Program-made: the position numbers and the translations under genes
The notes under the pieces: generated by a model
Told to the model about the DNA's origin: nothing
What the model saw: the letters and a program-made list of their open reading frames with translations, nothing else
Databases searched by the model: none
Shown here: positions 15,391-23,887 of the stretch, in pieces
Layout: each line of letters opens with the position of its first letter
How positions within the stretch are numbered: position 1 is the first letter of the stretch
Source of the DNA: Desulfobacteraceae bacterium
Lineage (GTDB): Bacteria; Desulfobacterota; Desulfobacteria; Desulfobacterales; SURF-7
Direction: 5' to 3'
Length of the DNA: 29,613 nucleotides
Assembly: GCA_030618925.1 (NCBI GenBank)
Contig: JAUXCK010000001.1
Span: 1 to 29,613, forward strand

Positions 15391-16707
15391 ATGGCAAAGC
15401 ATGAAACACCTTTGTTGGATCAGCTTGAATCTGGGCCATGGCCGAGTTTTGTGTCCGACCTCAAACAAGAGGCTGAAAAACGGGCAAAAAATGAAAAAGG
15501 CGTTGAATTCCAGATTCCGGTTGATGTTGTAGATGATCTTCTGGGCGTTCTTGAGCTGTCGTTCAAGCACAAACGAACACATTGGAAGCATGGTGGAATC
15601 GTGGGGGTATTTGGCTATGGCGGTGGTGTTATTGGAAGGTATTGCGATCAACCCGAGATGTTCCCAGGCGTTGCGCACTTTCACACCATGCGTATCAATC
15701 ATCCGTCCGGGAAATTTTATACGGCGGAATACCTGAGACAATTGTGCGACCTCTGGGATTTCCGCGGAAGCGGCATTACCAACATGCACGGGTCAACCGG
15801 GGATATTATTTTTATTGGTACAACAACGCCGCAGCTCGAGGAGATTTTTTATGAGCTGTCCCACAATATGAATCAGGATCTGGGCGGGTCAGGGTCAAAC
15901 CTCAGGTCGCCTTCTGACTGTATCGGCACAGCGCGTTGTGAATATGCGTGTTATGATACGAATGCGCTTTGTTATACACTTACCCAAGACTACCAGGATG
16001 AATTGCATCGTCCGGCGTTTCCTTATAAATTCAAGTTTAAATTCGATGGGTGCCCCAACTGCTGTGTGGCATCCATTGCCCGGTCAGATCTGGCATTTGT
16101 GGGCACATGGCGGGATGAAATCAGAATAGACGCAGAAGCCGTAAACGCCTATGTGGGCGGAGAGTTTCCGCCCAATGGCGGCGCCCACGCCGGGCGTGAC
16201 TGGGGGCCGTTTGATATTCAGAAAGAGGTCACGGACCTCTGTCCGACCAAGTGCATGAAATATGAAAAGGGTAAGCTTTATATCAACGATAGGGAATGCA
16301 CCCGCTGCATGCACTGCATCAATGTCATGCCAAGGGCCCTGAGGATCGGCAATGACAGGGGATGCTCCATTCTGGCAGGAGCCAAGGCCCCGATCCTTGA
16401 CGGTGCTCAGATGGGAAGTCTTATCGTGCCGTTTATAAAGGTTGAAGATCCTTATGATGAGATCAAGGACAATGTCATCGAACCGATTTGGGACTGGTGG
16501 ATGGAAGAGGGCAAAAACCGTGAGCGGCTCGGCGAATTGATGAAGCGTCAGGGTTTTCAGAGGATGATTGAGGTGTTGGGCGTAGATGCCGTTCCTCAAA
16601 TGGTTCAGGAACCGCGGTCCAACCCCTACATTTTCTGGAAAGAAGATGAGGTTGAGGGTGGATGGGAACGCGATATCGATGAATTCAGAAAACATCATAA
16701 AAGATAG
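15391..16707 (+). CDS. dsrA: Dissimilatory sulfite reductase alpha subunit
   Basis: LDQLESGPWPSFV, HWKHGGIVGVFGYGGGVIGRY, siroheme/Fe-S motif C-x5-C...GCPNCC, ferredoxin domain CTRCMHC. GGAGG Shine-Dalgarno. Confidence 0.99.
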   Translation: MAKHETPLLDQLESGPWPSFVSDLKQEAEKRAKNEKGVEFQIPVDVVDDLLGVLELSFKHKRTHWKHGGIVGVFGYGGGVIGRYCDQPEMFPGVAHFHTMRINHPSGKFYTAEYLRQLCDLWDFRGSGITNMHGSTGDIIFIGTTTPQLEEIFYELSHNMNQDLGGSGSNLRSPSDCIGTARCEYACYDTNALCYTLTQDYQDELHRPAFPYKFKFKFDGCPNCCVASIARSDLAFVGTWRDEIRIDAEAVNAYVGGEFPPNGGAHAGRDWGPFDIQKEVTDLCPTKCMKYEKGKLYINDRECTRCMHCINVMPRALRIGNDRGCSILAGAKAPILDGAQMGSLIVPFIKVEDPYDEIKDNVIEPIWDWWMEEGKNRERLGELMKRQGFQRMIEVLGVDAVPQMVQEPRSNPYIFWKEDEVEGGWERDIDEFRKHHKR

Positions 16708-16719
16708 GGGGTAAAAACA

Positions 16720-17865
16720 ATGGCTTTTATATCTTCAGGTTACGATCCAAGCGAACCGATGAAAGACAGGATGTCAGACATCGGTCCGAGAAAATACGAT
16801 GAATTTTACCCTCCGATTATTGCGAAGAACAAGGGTAAATGGTTATATCACGAGATTCTGGAACCCGGTGTTCTGGTCCATGTTTCAGAAACAGGCGATG
16901 AGGTGTTTACGGTAAGGGTCGGTGGCTGCCGGTTGATGAGTACCACTCATATCCGCGAAATATGCGAGATTTCGGAAAAATATTGCGACGGATATCTCCG
17001 GTTTACCACAAGGAACAACATCGAGTTTATGGTGGACAGCAAGGACAAGGCCGATGCCCTGAAAAAGGACCTTGAAAGCCGGAAATTTGATGCCGGCAGC
17101 TACAAGTTCCCTGTGGGCGGAACCGGTGCCGGGGTTACGAATATTATACACACCCAGGGATGGATTCATTGCCACACACCGGCAACAGATGCATCCGGTC
17201 CGGTTAAGGCCACAATGGACGACCTGTTCAAAGATTTCCAGGACATGCGGCTGCCGGCACAATTGCGTGTCTCCCTGGCCTGCTGCTTGAACATGTGTGG
17301 CGCCGTTCACTGCTCTGATATTGCCATTCTGGGGTATCACCGTAAACCGCCGCTGCTGGACCACGAGTATCTTGACAAGATGTGTGAGATTCCCCTGGCC
17401 ATCGCAGCTTGCCCGACTGCGGCCATCAAACCGGCCAAAGTTGATTTTAAGGGAACCGAGGTCAAAAGTGTTGCGGTAAAAAATGAACGGTGCATGTTCT
17501 GCGGAAACTGCTACACCATGTGCCCGTCCATGCCCCTTGCAGACACTGAAGGAGACGGAATCGTCCTCATGGCAGGTGGAAAGGTGTCTAACCGGATCAG
17601 CGCACCCAAGTTCTCCAAGGTGGTGGTTGCATTTATTAAAAATGAGACGCCGCGCTGGCCGACCATGACAAAAGTGATCAACCAGATGGTCGAGGCATAT
17701 GCGAAAGATGCCAACAAGTATGAACGGTTGGGAGACTGGGCGGAAAGAATTGGATGGGAGAGGTTTTTCGACAAATGCGAACTTGATTTTACGCATCATC
17801 TGATCGATGACTTCCGTGATCCTGCTTATTTCACATGGCGCCAGACAACCAACTTTAAGTTCTAA
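16720..17865 (+). CDS. dsrB: Dissimilatory sulfite reductase beta subunit
   Basis: [70 protein letters not shown]. Confidence 0.99.
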   Translation: MAFISSGYDPSEPMKDRMSDIGPRKYDEFYPPIIAKNKGKWLYHEILEPGVLVHVSETGDEVFTVRVGGCRLMSTTHIREICEISEKYCDGYLRFTTRNNIEFMVDSKDKADALKKDLESRKFDAGSYKFPVGGTGAGVTNIIHTQGWIHCHTPATDASGPVKATMDDLFKDFQDMRLPAQLRVSLACCLNMCGAVHCSDIAILGYHRKPPLLDHEYLDKMCEIPLAIAACPTAAIKPAKVDFKGTEVKSVAVKNERCMFCGNCYTMCPSMPLADTEGDGIVLMAGGKVSNRISAPKFSKVVVAFIKNETPRWPTMTKVINQMVEAYAKDANKYERLGDWAERIGWERFFDKCELDFTHHLIDDFRDPAYFTWRQTTNFKF

Positions 17866-17878
17866 TAGGATTGAATCT

Positions 17879-17908
17879 GTGCAGGGAACACATCCGTGTT
17901 CCCTGCAC
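17879..17908. repeat. Perfect 13-bp hairpin between dsrB and dsrD
   Basis: GTGCAGGGAACAC-ATCC-GTGTTCCCTGCAC, with no U tract on either side. Confidence 0.9.
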
Positions 17909-17936
17909 GATAGACACGATATAAAGGAGTACCCTC

Positions 17937-18176
17937 ATGGAACAGGCAGAAGCGCAGGAAAAAATCGTAACCGCGCTCACCAAAAAGTTGAAAACCAAAT
18001 CAAAATTCTACTTCAATGATCTTGCTAAAATTCTTGAACTCAAACCCAGGGTAGCAAAGAAGTATATTACTCAAATGGTCGTGGACCAGGCCCTGGAGTA
18101 CTGGTCAAGCGGGAGTACTTCCATGTACGGGCTTCCCGGTACCGGTAAACAGGCTGGGGCTGAACACGAAGAATAG
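17937..18176 (+). CDS. dsrD: Dissimilatory sulfite reductase accessory protein D
   Basis: KSKFYFNDL...EYWSSGSTSMYGL signature; position after dsrB; AAGGAG Shine-Dalgarno. Confidence 0.97.
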   Translation: MEQAEAQEKIVTALTKKLKTKSKFYFNDLAKILELKPRVAKKYITQMVVDQALEYWSSGSTSMYGLPGTGKQAGAEHEE

Positions 18177-18234
18177 TCACCGCAGTTTTGACGTGTCATT
18201 TTCATTGAGATAATCTTTAATGCGACAATAACAC

Positions 18235-19656
18235 ATGGCTGTTCCCGGCATAGTGATTTCAGCCCTGCGGGGTGGGGATGGAAAGACCATCCTTAGTATT
18301 GGAATCATTGCTGCCTGGCTGGCATCTCAAAAAATTGTCGCCCCCTTTAAAAAGGGTCCGGATTATATAGATGCTGGCTGGCTGGCTCTTGCGGCCGGCC
18401 AGGCCTGCTACAATCTAGACTCCTTTCTGATAGAACCGGACAAGGTTCAACTTTCCTATCATACACACAGCTTAAATTCCCATGTTGCAGTTGTCGAGGG
18501 GAATCGAGGTCTCTACGACGGCATTGCCGTTGAAAGCCGGACGAGCACGGCGGAAATTGCAAAATTGCTGGATCTGCCGGTTGTGCTGTGCGTCGACTGT
18601 ACAAAGACCACCCGTACCATGGCAGCGGTGGTGTCGGGGATGATTCATTTTGATCCAGACGTTCAGATTAAAGGCGTTGTACTGAACCGGGTGGCGGGTG
18701 CAAGGCACGAAAATATTCTTCGAAAAAGCATAGAATATCATAGCGGCGTTCCAGTTCTTGGGGCCATTCCCAAACTGACCCGATCGGATTTTCCGGAACG
18801 GCACATGGGGCTTGTGCCCACACCTGAACATAAATGGGCAAAAGAGTCTATTACAGCGGCTGCCGGCATCGTGTCCAGGCATACAGACCTTTCTGCGCTG
18901 TTTCAAATTGCCGGGGAGGCGGTAAAACCGTTCTTCGGGGGGGAAAAAGCAGCATTGTTTCCACCCCCCCCTGAAAAGAAAAGCCGTATAACAGAAGATA
19001 CGGCCCCAAGGATCGGTGTTATCAGGGATTCGGCATTTCAGTTCTACTACCCCAGTAATATTGAGGCCCTTGAAAACGCTGGTGCGGAAATCGTGTTTGT
19101 GAGCCCCCTCAAGCAAAAGTCGCTTCCGCAGGTTGATGCGCTTTATATTGGCGGCGGGTTCCCGGAAACCCATGCACAGGAACTTGCCGGAAACCTGAAA
19201 TTCCGGGAGGATGTCAAATCGCTCGTCGAGCAGGGTCTTCCGGTCTATGCAGAATGCGGCGGGCTCATGTACCTGGGTGAAAGATTGATCATGGCGGGCA
19301 AATCCTATCAAATGACCGGCATACTGCCCATCGTTTTTGGATTGTCAAAAAGGCCCCAGGGCCACGGGTATACGATATCAACCGTTGATACAGCCAATCC
19401 CTATTTTGACGTGGGCACGGAAATCAGGGGACACGAGTTCCGGTATTCAACCATCGTTGAGTGGCGGGGGCAGGACCGGGACATGGTTTTTTCCACCACA
19501 AGGGGAACCGGATTTCAGAACAAAAGAGACGGGATCTGTTATAAAAATGTTCTGGCCAGCTACACCCACCTTCATGCCCTGGGCACGCCGGCCTGGGCAC
19601 CCGCCCTTGTGCGGAATGCATTGGCATATAAAAAAAGGGCAGGCATCGTTGAATGA
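18235..19656 (+). CDS. dsrN: Cobyrinate a,c-diamide synthase-like siroheme amidase DsrN
   Basis: GGDGKT, FKKGPDYID, EGNRGLYDG, ERHMGL, AFQFYY, GGGFPE, AECGGLMYL, GHEFRYS. The dsrN call rather than cbiA/cobB rests on the dsrABD context. Confidence 0.9.
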   Translation: MAVPGIVISALRGGDGKTILSIGIIAAWLASQKIVAPFKKGPDYIDAGWLALAAGQACYNLDSFLIEPDKVQLSYHTHSLNSHVAVVEGNRGLYDGIAVESRTSTAEIAKLLDLPVVLCVDCTKTTRTMAAVVSGMIHFDPDVQIKGVVLNRVAGARHENILRKSIEYHSGVPVLGAIPKLTRSDFPERHMGLVPTPEHKWAKESITAAAGIVSRHTDLSALFQIAGEAVKPFFGGEKAALFPPPPEKKSRITEDTAPRIGVIRDSAFQFYYPSNIEALENAGAEIVFVSPLKQKSLPQVDALYIGGGFPETHAQELAGNLKFREDVKSLVEQGLPVYAECGGLMYLGERLIMAGKSYQMTGILPIVFGLSKRPQGHGYTISTVDTANPYFDVGTEIRGHEFRYSTIVEWRGQDRDMVFSTTRGTGFQNKRDGICYKNVLASYTHLHALGTPAWAPALVRNALAYKKRAGIVE

Positions 19657-19671
19657 GGATGCCGGCCCTTT
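19630..19671 (-). terminator. Intrinsic terminator for the cytochrome c3 gene (possibly bidirectional)
   Basis: AAAGGGC-A-GGCATC / GATGCC-G-GCCCTTT stem. The dsrN stop codon lies in the loop. A run of 7 A (19630-19636) gives a U tract on the minus strand. Confidence 0.7.
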
Positions 19672-19696
19672 CTGTAAATGACGGTGGTGGATACGA

Positions 19697-20176
19697 TTAT
19701 TTTTTCTTGGGGTGACACTGTTTGCAGGTGACCGGTGCCGCGCCCTTATCTTTTGATTTAAATCCCTTTTCTTTATTGAATTTTTTATGGCAGTCTTTGC
19801 AGTTGTAGTGGATGGCTTCAGCGTGATAGTCCAGCCGTTCTTCTTTTGAAAGTTTTGGCGCCCCTTTTCCCTTGGGCCGTTCGCCGGGCTTGGCGTGGCA
19901 TTCAATACAGTTTTGGACATCATCGCCCAATTTCAGATTCGCAAGGGGTTTTCCCTTTTCATCATGGTGGCACTCGCCGCATCCTGCCTTGTACGCCTCG
20001 GTGTGCTTTTTATGAGAAAACATGACAATACTTTTTTTGTGCTCGGGATAGGCCTTGTTTTCCATTTTGATGACATCCTCTACTTCGGTACCGGCATACA
20101 GGGCGCTGCCGGTAACCCACAAGGTTAAAATGCTGATGCCGGCCATTAGGACCAATGATTTCATTATTGTAGACAT
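19697..20176 (-). CDS. Periplasmic tetraheme cytochrome c3 (class III)
   Basis: Signal peptide, FSHKKH, four CxxCH motifs (CGECH, CIECH, CKDCH, CKQCH), Lys-rich. AAGGAG Shine-Dalgarno. Confidence 0.95.
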   Translation of the reverse strand: MSTIMKSLVLMAGISILTLWVTGSALYAGTEVEDVIKMENKAYPEHKKSIVMFSHKKHTEAYKAGCGECHHDEKGKPLANLKLGDDVQNCIECHAKPGERPKGKGAPKLSKEERLDYHAEAIHYNCKDCHKKFNKEKGFKSKDKGAAPVTCKQCHPKKK

Positions 20177-20216
20177 AGAGTTCTCCTTTGACGATAACTA
20201 TTTTTGTGAAAACCGG

Positions 20217-20232
20217 TGCAAGCCATGAGCCG
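20217..20232 (-). promoter_or_regulatory. Possible sigma54 (-24/-12) promoter of the cytochrome c3 gene
   Basis: Minus strand CGGCTCATGGCTTGCA has GG-N10-GC with TTGCA. The -24 part matches TGGCAC at only 4 of 6 positions. Confidence 0.3.
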
Positions 20233-20298
20233 CAGGGAACTTACCAATACCATCAGAGAAAGTCAATGCCAAAGCATTAGAATTTTTTAAAAACACTT

Positions 20299-22467
20299 CT
20301 AGGCTTTCCTGAGCTTTTGGTCAAGGCCTGAAAAACGGTTTCGGGGTTTATCGTTATTGAGGGCGATGGCAAATGCTTTTTTTGTCCCGACAAGGACAAC
20401 AAGGTTTTTGCCCCTTGTAATGGCCGTATAGAGAAGGTTTCGTTGGAGCAGCGCGTAGTGCTGGGTCATCAGCGGGACAACAACAGCCGGGTATTCCGAG
20501 CCCTGAGATTTGTGAATGGAAATGGCGTAGGCAAGAGAGAGTTCATCCATTTCTTCCGGTTCATAGATGGCGGTTCTTCCGTCATAATCCACGGCGACCT
20601 CACGGGTTTCCTCATCAATGGCATCAACGATGCCAATGTCGCCATTAAATACGTCTTTTTGATAATTGTTTTTCAGGTGCATCACTTTATCCCCGATTTT
20701 ATAAACATATCCCAACCCTTTTAACCGGGTTGGATTTTTGTTTAACACCTGCTGAAGCACTTTGTTGAGGTTCAATGTCCCCACTTCACCCTTATGCATA
20801 GGGGTCAGTACCTGAATTTCTTTCATTGAATCAAGGTAAAACCGATCCGGTATGGATCGGGAGCACAATTTGACAATGGTTGCCACCACCGCCTCTGGCG
20901 TGTGTTTTTCAATAAAATAGAATTCTGAAAGTTCTTCTCCGCTTTCCCGGGGATTCAGGTCAGGAAACTCCCCCTCCCTTATCATGTGTGCATTGATGAT
21001 AATGGGACTTTCCCGGGCCTGTCTGAAAATAGTCGTCAGGTAGAAAACAGGAACGGTTTCCGAGGCGATGATGTCTTTGAGAACATTGCCCGGTCCCACG
21101 GAGGGGAGTTGAAAAACATCTCCCACAAGAATCAGAATCGATGTCAATGGCACGGCCTTGATCAAATGATACATTAATACGGTGTCTACCATGGAGGCCT
21201 CATCGACAATGATTGTATCGGCATCAATGGGGTTTCCCGGGTTTTTTTCAAAACTATCGTCTCTAAAATTATATCCCAGGAGACGGTGGATGGTTTTCGC
21301 CTCCTTGTTAACAATTTCGGACAGCCTTCTTGCGGCCCTGCCGGTGGGCGCTGCCAGAACGACTTTTTTTCCCAAGGCTTCGAACGTGGCGTTTATTGCC
21401 CGGATCAGGGTGGTTTTTCCGGTACCCGGACCGCCGGTGAGGATCGCAACACGTCGGGTCAGGATCGATTCCAGGGCATGGAGCTGCTCCGGGGAAAGCT
21501 TGATGGCAATTTTTTTTAAAACATTGTGAGACAGCTGCTCCGGGTCCATCTCCGGTAATGCAGCCGGTACCGACAGCAGGGCCTTCAGCCTTTTTGCAAG
21601 GCCGGTTTCGGCCAGATGCATGTCTTTTGAATAGATTGCCCGGGGTTCATTCGGATCATCCGGCTGCACCAGGACCACGTCATTTGAAACACCCAGGGTA
21701 TGGAGTGCTTTTTGAACATCATCCAGGTCCAACCGAAATGTGTCAGCACAATATTGCAGCAGGAGGTTCTCGGGTAAAAATGTATGACCGTCTCTGGCGG
21801 ACTGTTGAATGAGATGGCGGATGCATGCCTTTATTCTGTTCGGGTCATTTGCAGGCATCCCCCGGGATTGTGAAATGGTGTCGGCTATCAAAAACCCGAC
21901 ACCGGGAATATCCTCTGCCAGACGAAAGGGATGAGTTTCCATAATATGGATCGCCTCTTCGCCATACGCCTTTAGTATTTTTGCACCATAGGAGATTTTC
22001 ACACCATGGGACTGGAGATAATCCATTAACGCATTAATATAATGGTGTTTTTTCCAGGAAGCGGTGATCAGGGCGGCCTTGGCGTTTCCGATGCCTGCCA
22101 CTTCTGTGAGCCGTCTCGGCGTTTTCTCTATGATTTCAAGTGTTTTTGATTTGAAATGGGCAATTAACCGGCTGGCCATTATGGGGCCAATGCCTTTGAT
22201 AAGGCCTGATTCAAGATATTTTCTGATGCCGTCAATCGTCTCGGGCAGTGTTACCTCATATGAACTGGTTTTGAATTGCGGGCCGTATTTTGGATGATTT
22301 TCCCATGATCCGGTGACTTTCAGACCCTGGCCCGGACGGATGCCGGCCATGTACCCGACCACCGTAATTTGACTTGACGGGTGTCCGGTTTTGAACCTGG
22401 CGATGGTGTAGTGGTTTTCTTCGTTGGTATAGGTAATTCTTTCCAGGTGTCCTTCAATAGTAATCAT
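20299..22467 (-). CDS. recD2: ATP-dependent RecD2-like SF1B helicase
   Basis: N-terminal GxLERITY.NEENHYTIAR, HhH region GIGPIMA, TGGPGTGKT, VDEASMVD, GDVFQLPSVGPG, AYAISIHKSQGSEY, LLYTAITRG. Start set at ATG 22467 (MITIEGH). Confidence 0.95.
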   Translation of the reverse strand: MITIEGHLERITYTNEENHYTIARFKTGHPSSQITVVGYMAGIRPGQGLKVTGSWENHPKYGPQFKTSSYEVTLPETIDGIRKYLESGLIKGIGPIMASRLIAHFKSKTLEIIEKTPRRLTEVAGIGNAKAALITASWKKHHYINALMDYLQSHGVKISYGAKILKAYGEEAIHIMETHPFRLAEDIPGVGFLIADTISQSRGMPANDPNRIKACIRHLIQQSARDGHTFLPENLLLQYCADTFRLDLDDVQKALHTLGVSNDVVLVQPDDPNEPRAIYSKDMHLAETGLAKRLKALLSVPAALPEMDPEQLSHNVLKKIAIKLSPEQLHALESILTRRVAILTGGPGTGKTTLIRAINATFEALGKKVVLAAPTGRAARRLSEIVNKEAKTIHRLLGYNFRDDSFEKNPGNPIDADTIIVDEASMVDTVLMYHLIKAVPLTSILILVGDVFQLPSVGPGNVLKDIIASETVPVFYLTTIFRQARESPIIINAHMIREGEFPDLNPRESGEELSEFYFIEKHTPEAVVATIVKLCSRSIPDRFYLDSMKEIQVLTPMHKGEVGTLNLNKVLQQVLNKNPTRLKGLGYVYKIGDKVMHLKNNYQKDVFNGDIGIVDAIDEETREVAVDYDGRTAIYEPEEMDELSLAYAISIHKSQGSEYPAVVVPLMTQHYALLQRNLLYTAITRGKNLVVLVGTKKAFAIALNNDKPRNRFSGLDQKLRKA

Positions 22468-22494
22468 TTGTGGGCAATAGTAATCATTTATGGG
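22455..22494. repeat. 20-bp tandem duplication over the recD2 start
   Basis: CAATAGTAATCATTTGTGGG followed by CAATAGTAATCATTTATGGG (one mismatch). Confidence 0.9.
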
Positions 22495-22561
22495 GTCGTG
22501 CAATAGTTAGTGTCGGTCTATACATGAGAAATCGGGAAAAATAGTCATTTATGGACCGGCA

Positions 22562-23122
22562 TCAGTTGATTATCCAGTCTGCGGCGTCCAGGAGATTCCG
22601 AACAACAACATCTGGAAATAGCTTTGCTGCTGCAAGCTGTTTTTCAGCTGCAGCGCCGTTGCCGGTTTTAACGAGGATGGTCTTACCGCATCCCGCCCGT
22701 TTAGCACATTCAATATCCTTGGCGCTGTCACCCACCATGACGGTTGTTGAAAGATCGATATGATGGGTGAGTTGTGCCTGTCTGATTAAACCGGGCAGGG
22801 GTTTTCGGCAAAGGCACCTGTCTTCCGGGACATGGGGGCAATAGTATATGGCCGTAATCCTCCCGCCTTCTGATTCAATGGCCGCTTTCATCCTGGAAAA
22901 AATGTGATCCAGTTCCTGCACCGAGATCATCTTGCGGTTGATAATGGACTGGTTTGAAATAATGATGATTTTAAATTCGTTTTGAGTCAGGGTTTTAATG
23001 GCTTCGAGGCTTCCCGGCAGGAATGTAAACTCAGACCAGCTTTTGATGTAGTCGGGTGAATCCTTGTTGATGACCCCGTCCCTGTCCAAAAAAACGATTT
23101 TTTCCTGGTTTTTTTTATTCAT
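22562..23122 (-). CDS. gmhB: D-glycero-D-manno-heptose 1,7-bisphosphate phosphatase (HAD IIIA)
   Basis: FLDRDGVIN, SNQS, CPH-x5-C-x-CRKP, MVGDSAKD. Confidence 0.9.
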   Translation of the reverse strand: MNKKNQEKIVFLDRDGVINKDSPDYIKSWSEFTFLPGSLEAIKTLTQNEFKIIIISNQSIINRKMISVQELDHIFSRMKAAIESEGGRITAIYYCPHVPEDRCLCRKPLPGLIRQAQLTHHIDLSTTVMVGDSAKDIECAKRAGCGKTILVKTGNGAAAEKQLAAAKLFPDVVVRNLLDAADWIIN

Positions 23123-23887
23123 TTACTCGGCAACGATAAAGGCGTTTTTAAATCCTTTCCGGACCATGACCTCTTCATCCTTGAGAATTTGCTGCAGGGT
23201 TGTATATTTTCCGACCCGAACCCGGTAGTAAGTTTCCCGGCCGTCATTAAAAATCGATATATGGGCATTCTCAAGGGATTCAGCAAGTTTTTTTCTGAGC
23301 TGTTCGGCATTGTTGATGTCTTTAAATGCGCCGACCTGGAAGGTAAAATTTCCGCTCTCATAGTTCACAGGAATATAGTTTGTTGAAGAGGGGGTGGATT
23401 TTTTTGAATTGGGCGTGCCCAGCGCAATGATTTCAACCCGGGCTGTCCCCGGCCCGACAACACCCAGTTTTTTTGCCGCTGTATAGGAGAGATCGATGAT
23501 TCTTTTTTGGACGAAAGGCCCCCGGTCATTAATTCTGACCACGGTTTCCAGGTTGTTATCCAGGTTTTTGACCTTTACATGGGTCTCGAAGGGGAGGGTT
23601 TTGTGTGCCGCGGTCATGGCATACATATTATATGTTTCACCATTGGATGTTCTTTTACCATGGAATTTTTTTCCATACCAGGAGGCCAATCCTTTTTGCT
23701 GGAAACCTTGGGCACTGGATATGGGTTGATACCATTTGTTGAACACTTTATACGGTTTTGGCATGCCGGGGGCGGCTGGGGGGGGCGGGGGTTTTGAGCA
23801 CCCAACAAAAAATGCAGCAAGCAGCATCCAGACAAACAGCCCGGGGTACCATATGTTTGTTTCTGCTGTGAAATTCATAAAATCCAT
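23123..23887 (-). CDS. rlpA: Septal ring lytic transglycosylase RlpA (lipoprotein, DPBB + SPOR); exact start uncertain
   Basis: Lipobox FVGC, GLASWYG, TAAHKTLP, RINDRGPF, RIIDLS, SPOR-like QVGAF...YRVRVG. Confidence 0.93.
   Translation of the reverse strand: MDFMNFTAETNIWYPGLFVWMLLAAFFVGCSKPPPPPAAPGMPKPYKVFNKWYQPISSAQGFQQKGLASWYGKKFHGKRTSNGETYNMYAMTAAHKTLPFETHVKVKNLDNNLETVVRINDRGPFVQKRIIDLSYTAAKKLGVVGPGTARVEIIALGTPNSKKSTPSSTNYIPVNYESGNFTFQVGAFKDINNAEQLRKKLAESLENAHISIFNDGRETYYRVRVGKYTTLQQILKDEEVMVRKGFKNAFIVAE

Noticed and set aside
16885-17799. 304-aa antisense ORF over dsrB, and similar long shadow ORFs (18472..19311, 16084..16698, 25547..26068, 12580..13086)
   Set aside because: They lie fully opposite well-conserved genes, have no recognisable motifs or Shine-Dalgarno, and are expected from codon bias.
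18937-18971. G7 and C8 runs in dsrN, and G runs in rlpA, as phase-variation tracts
   Set aside because: Short, in frame, and encoding ordinary Gly/Pro-rich linkers; both ORFs are intact.
20203-20220. TTGTGAAAACCGGTGCAA as a Rex site upstream of cytochrome c3
   Set aside because: Only one half-site matches TTGTGAA-N4-TTCACAA.
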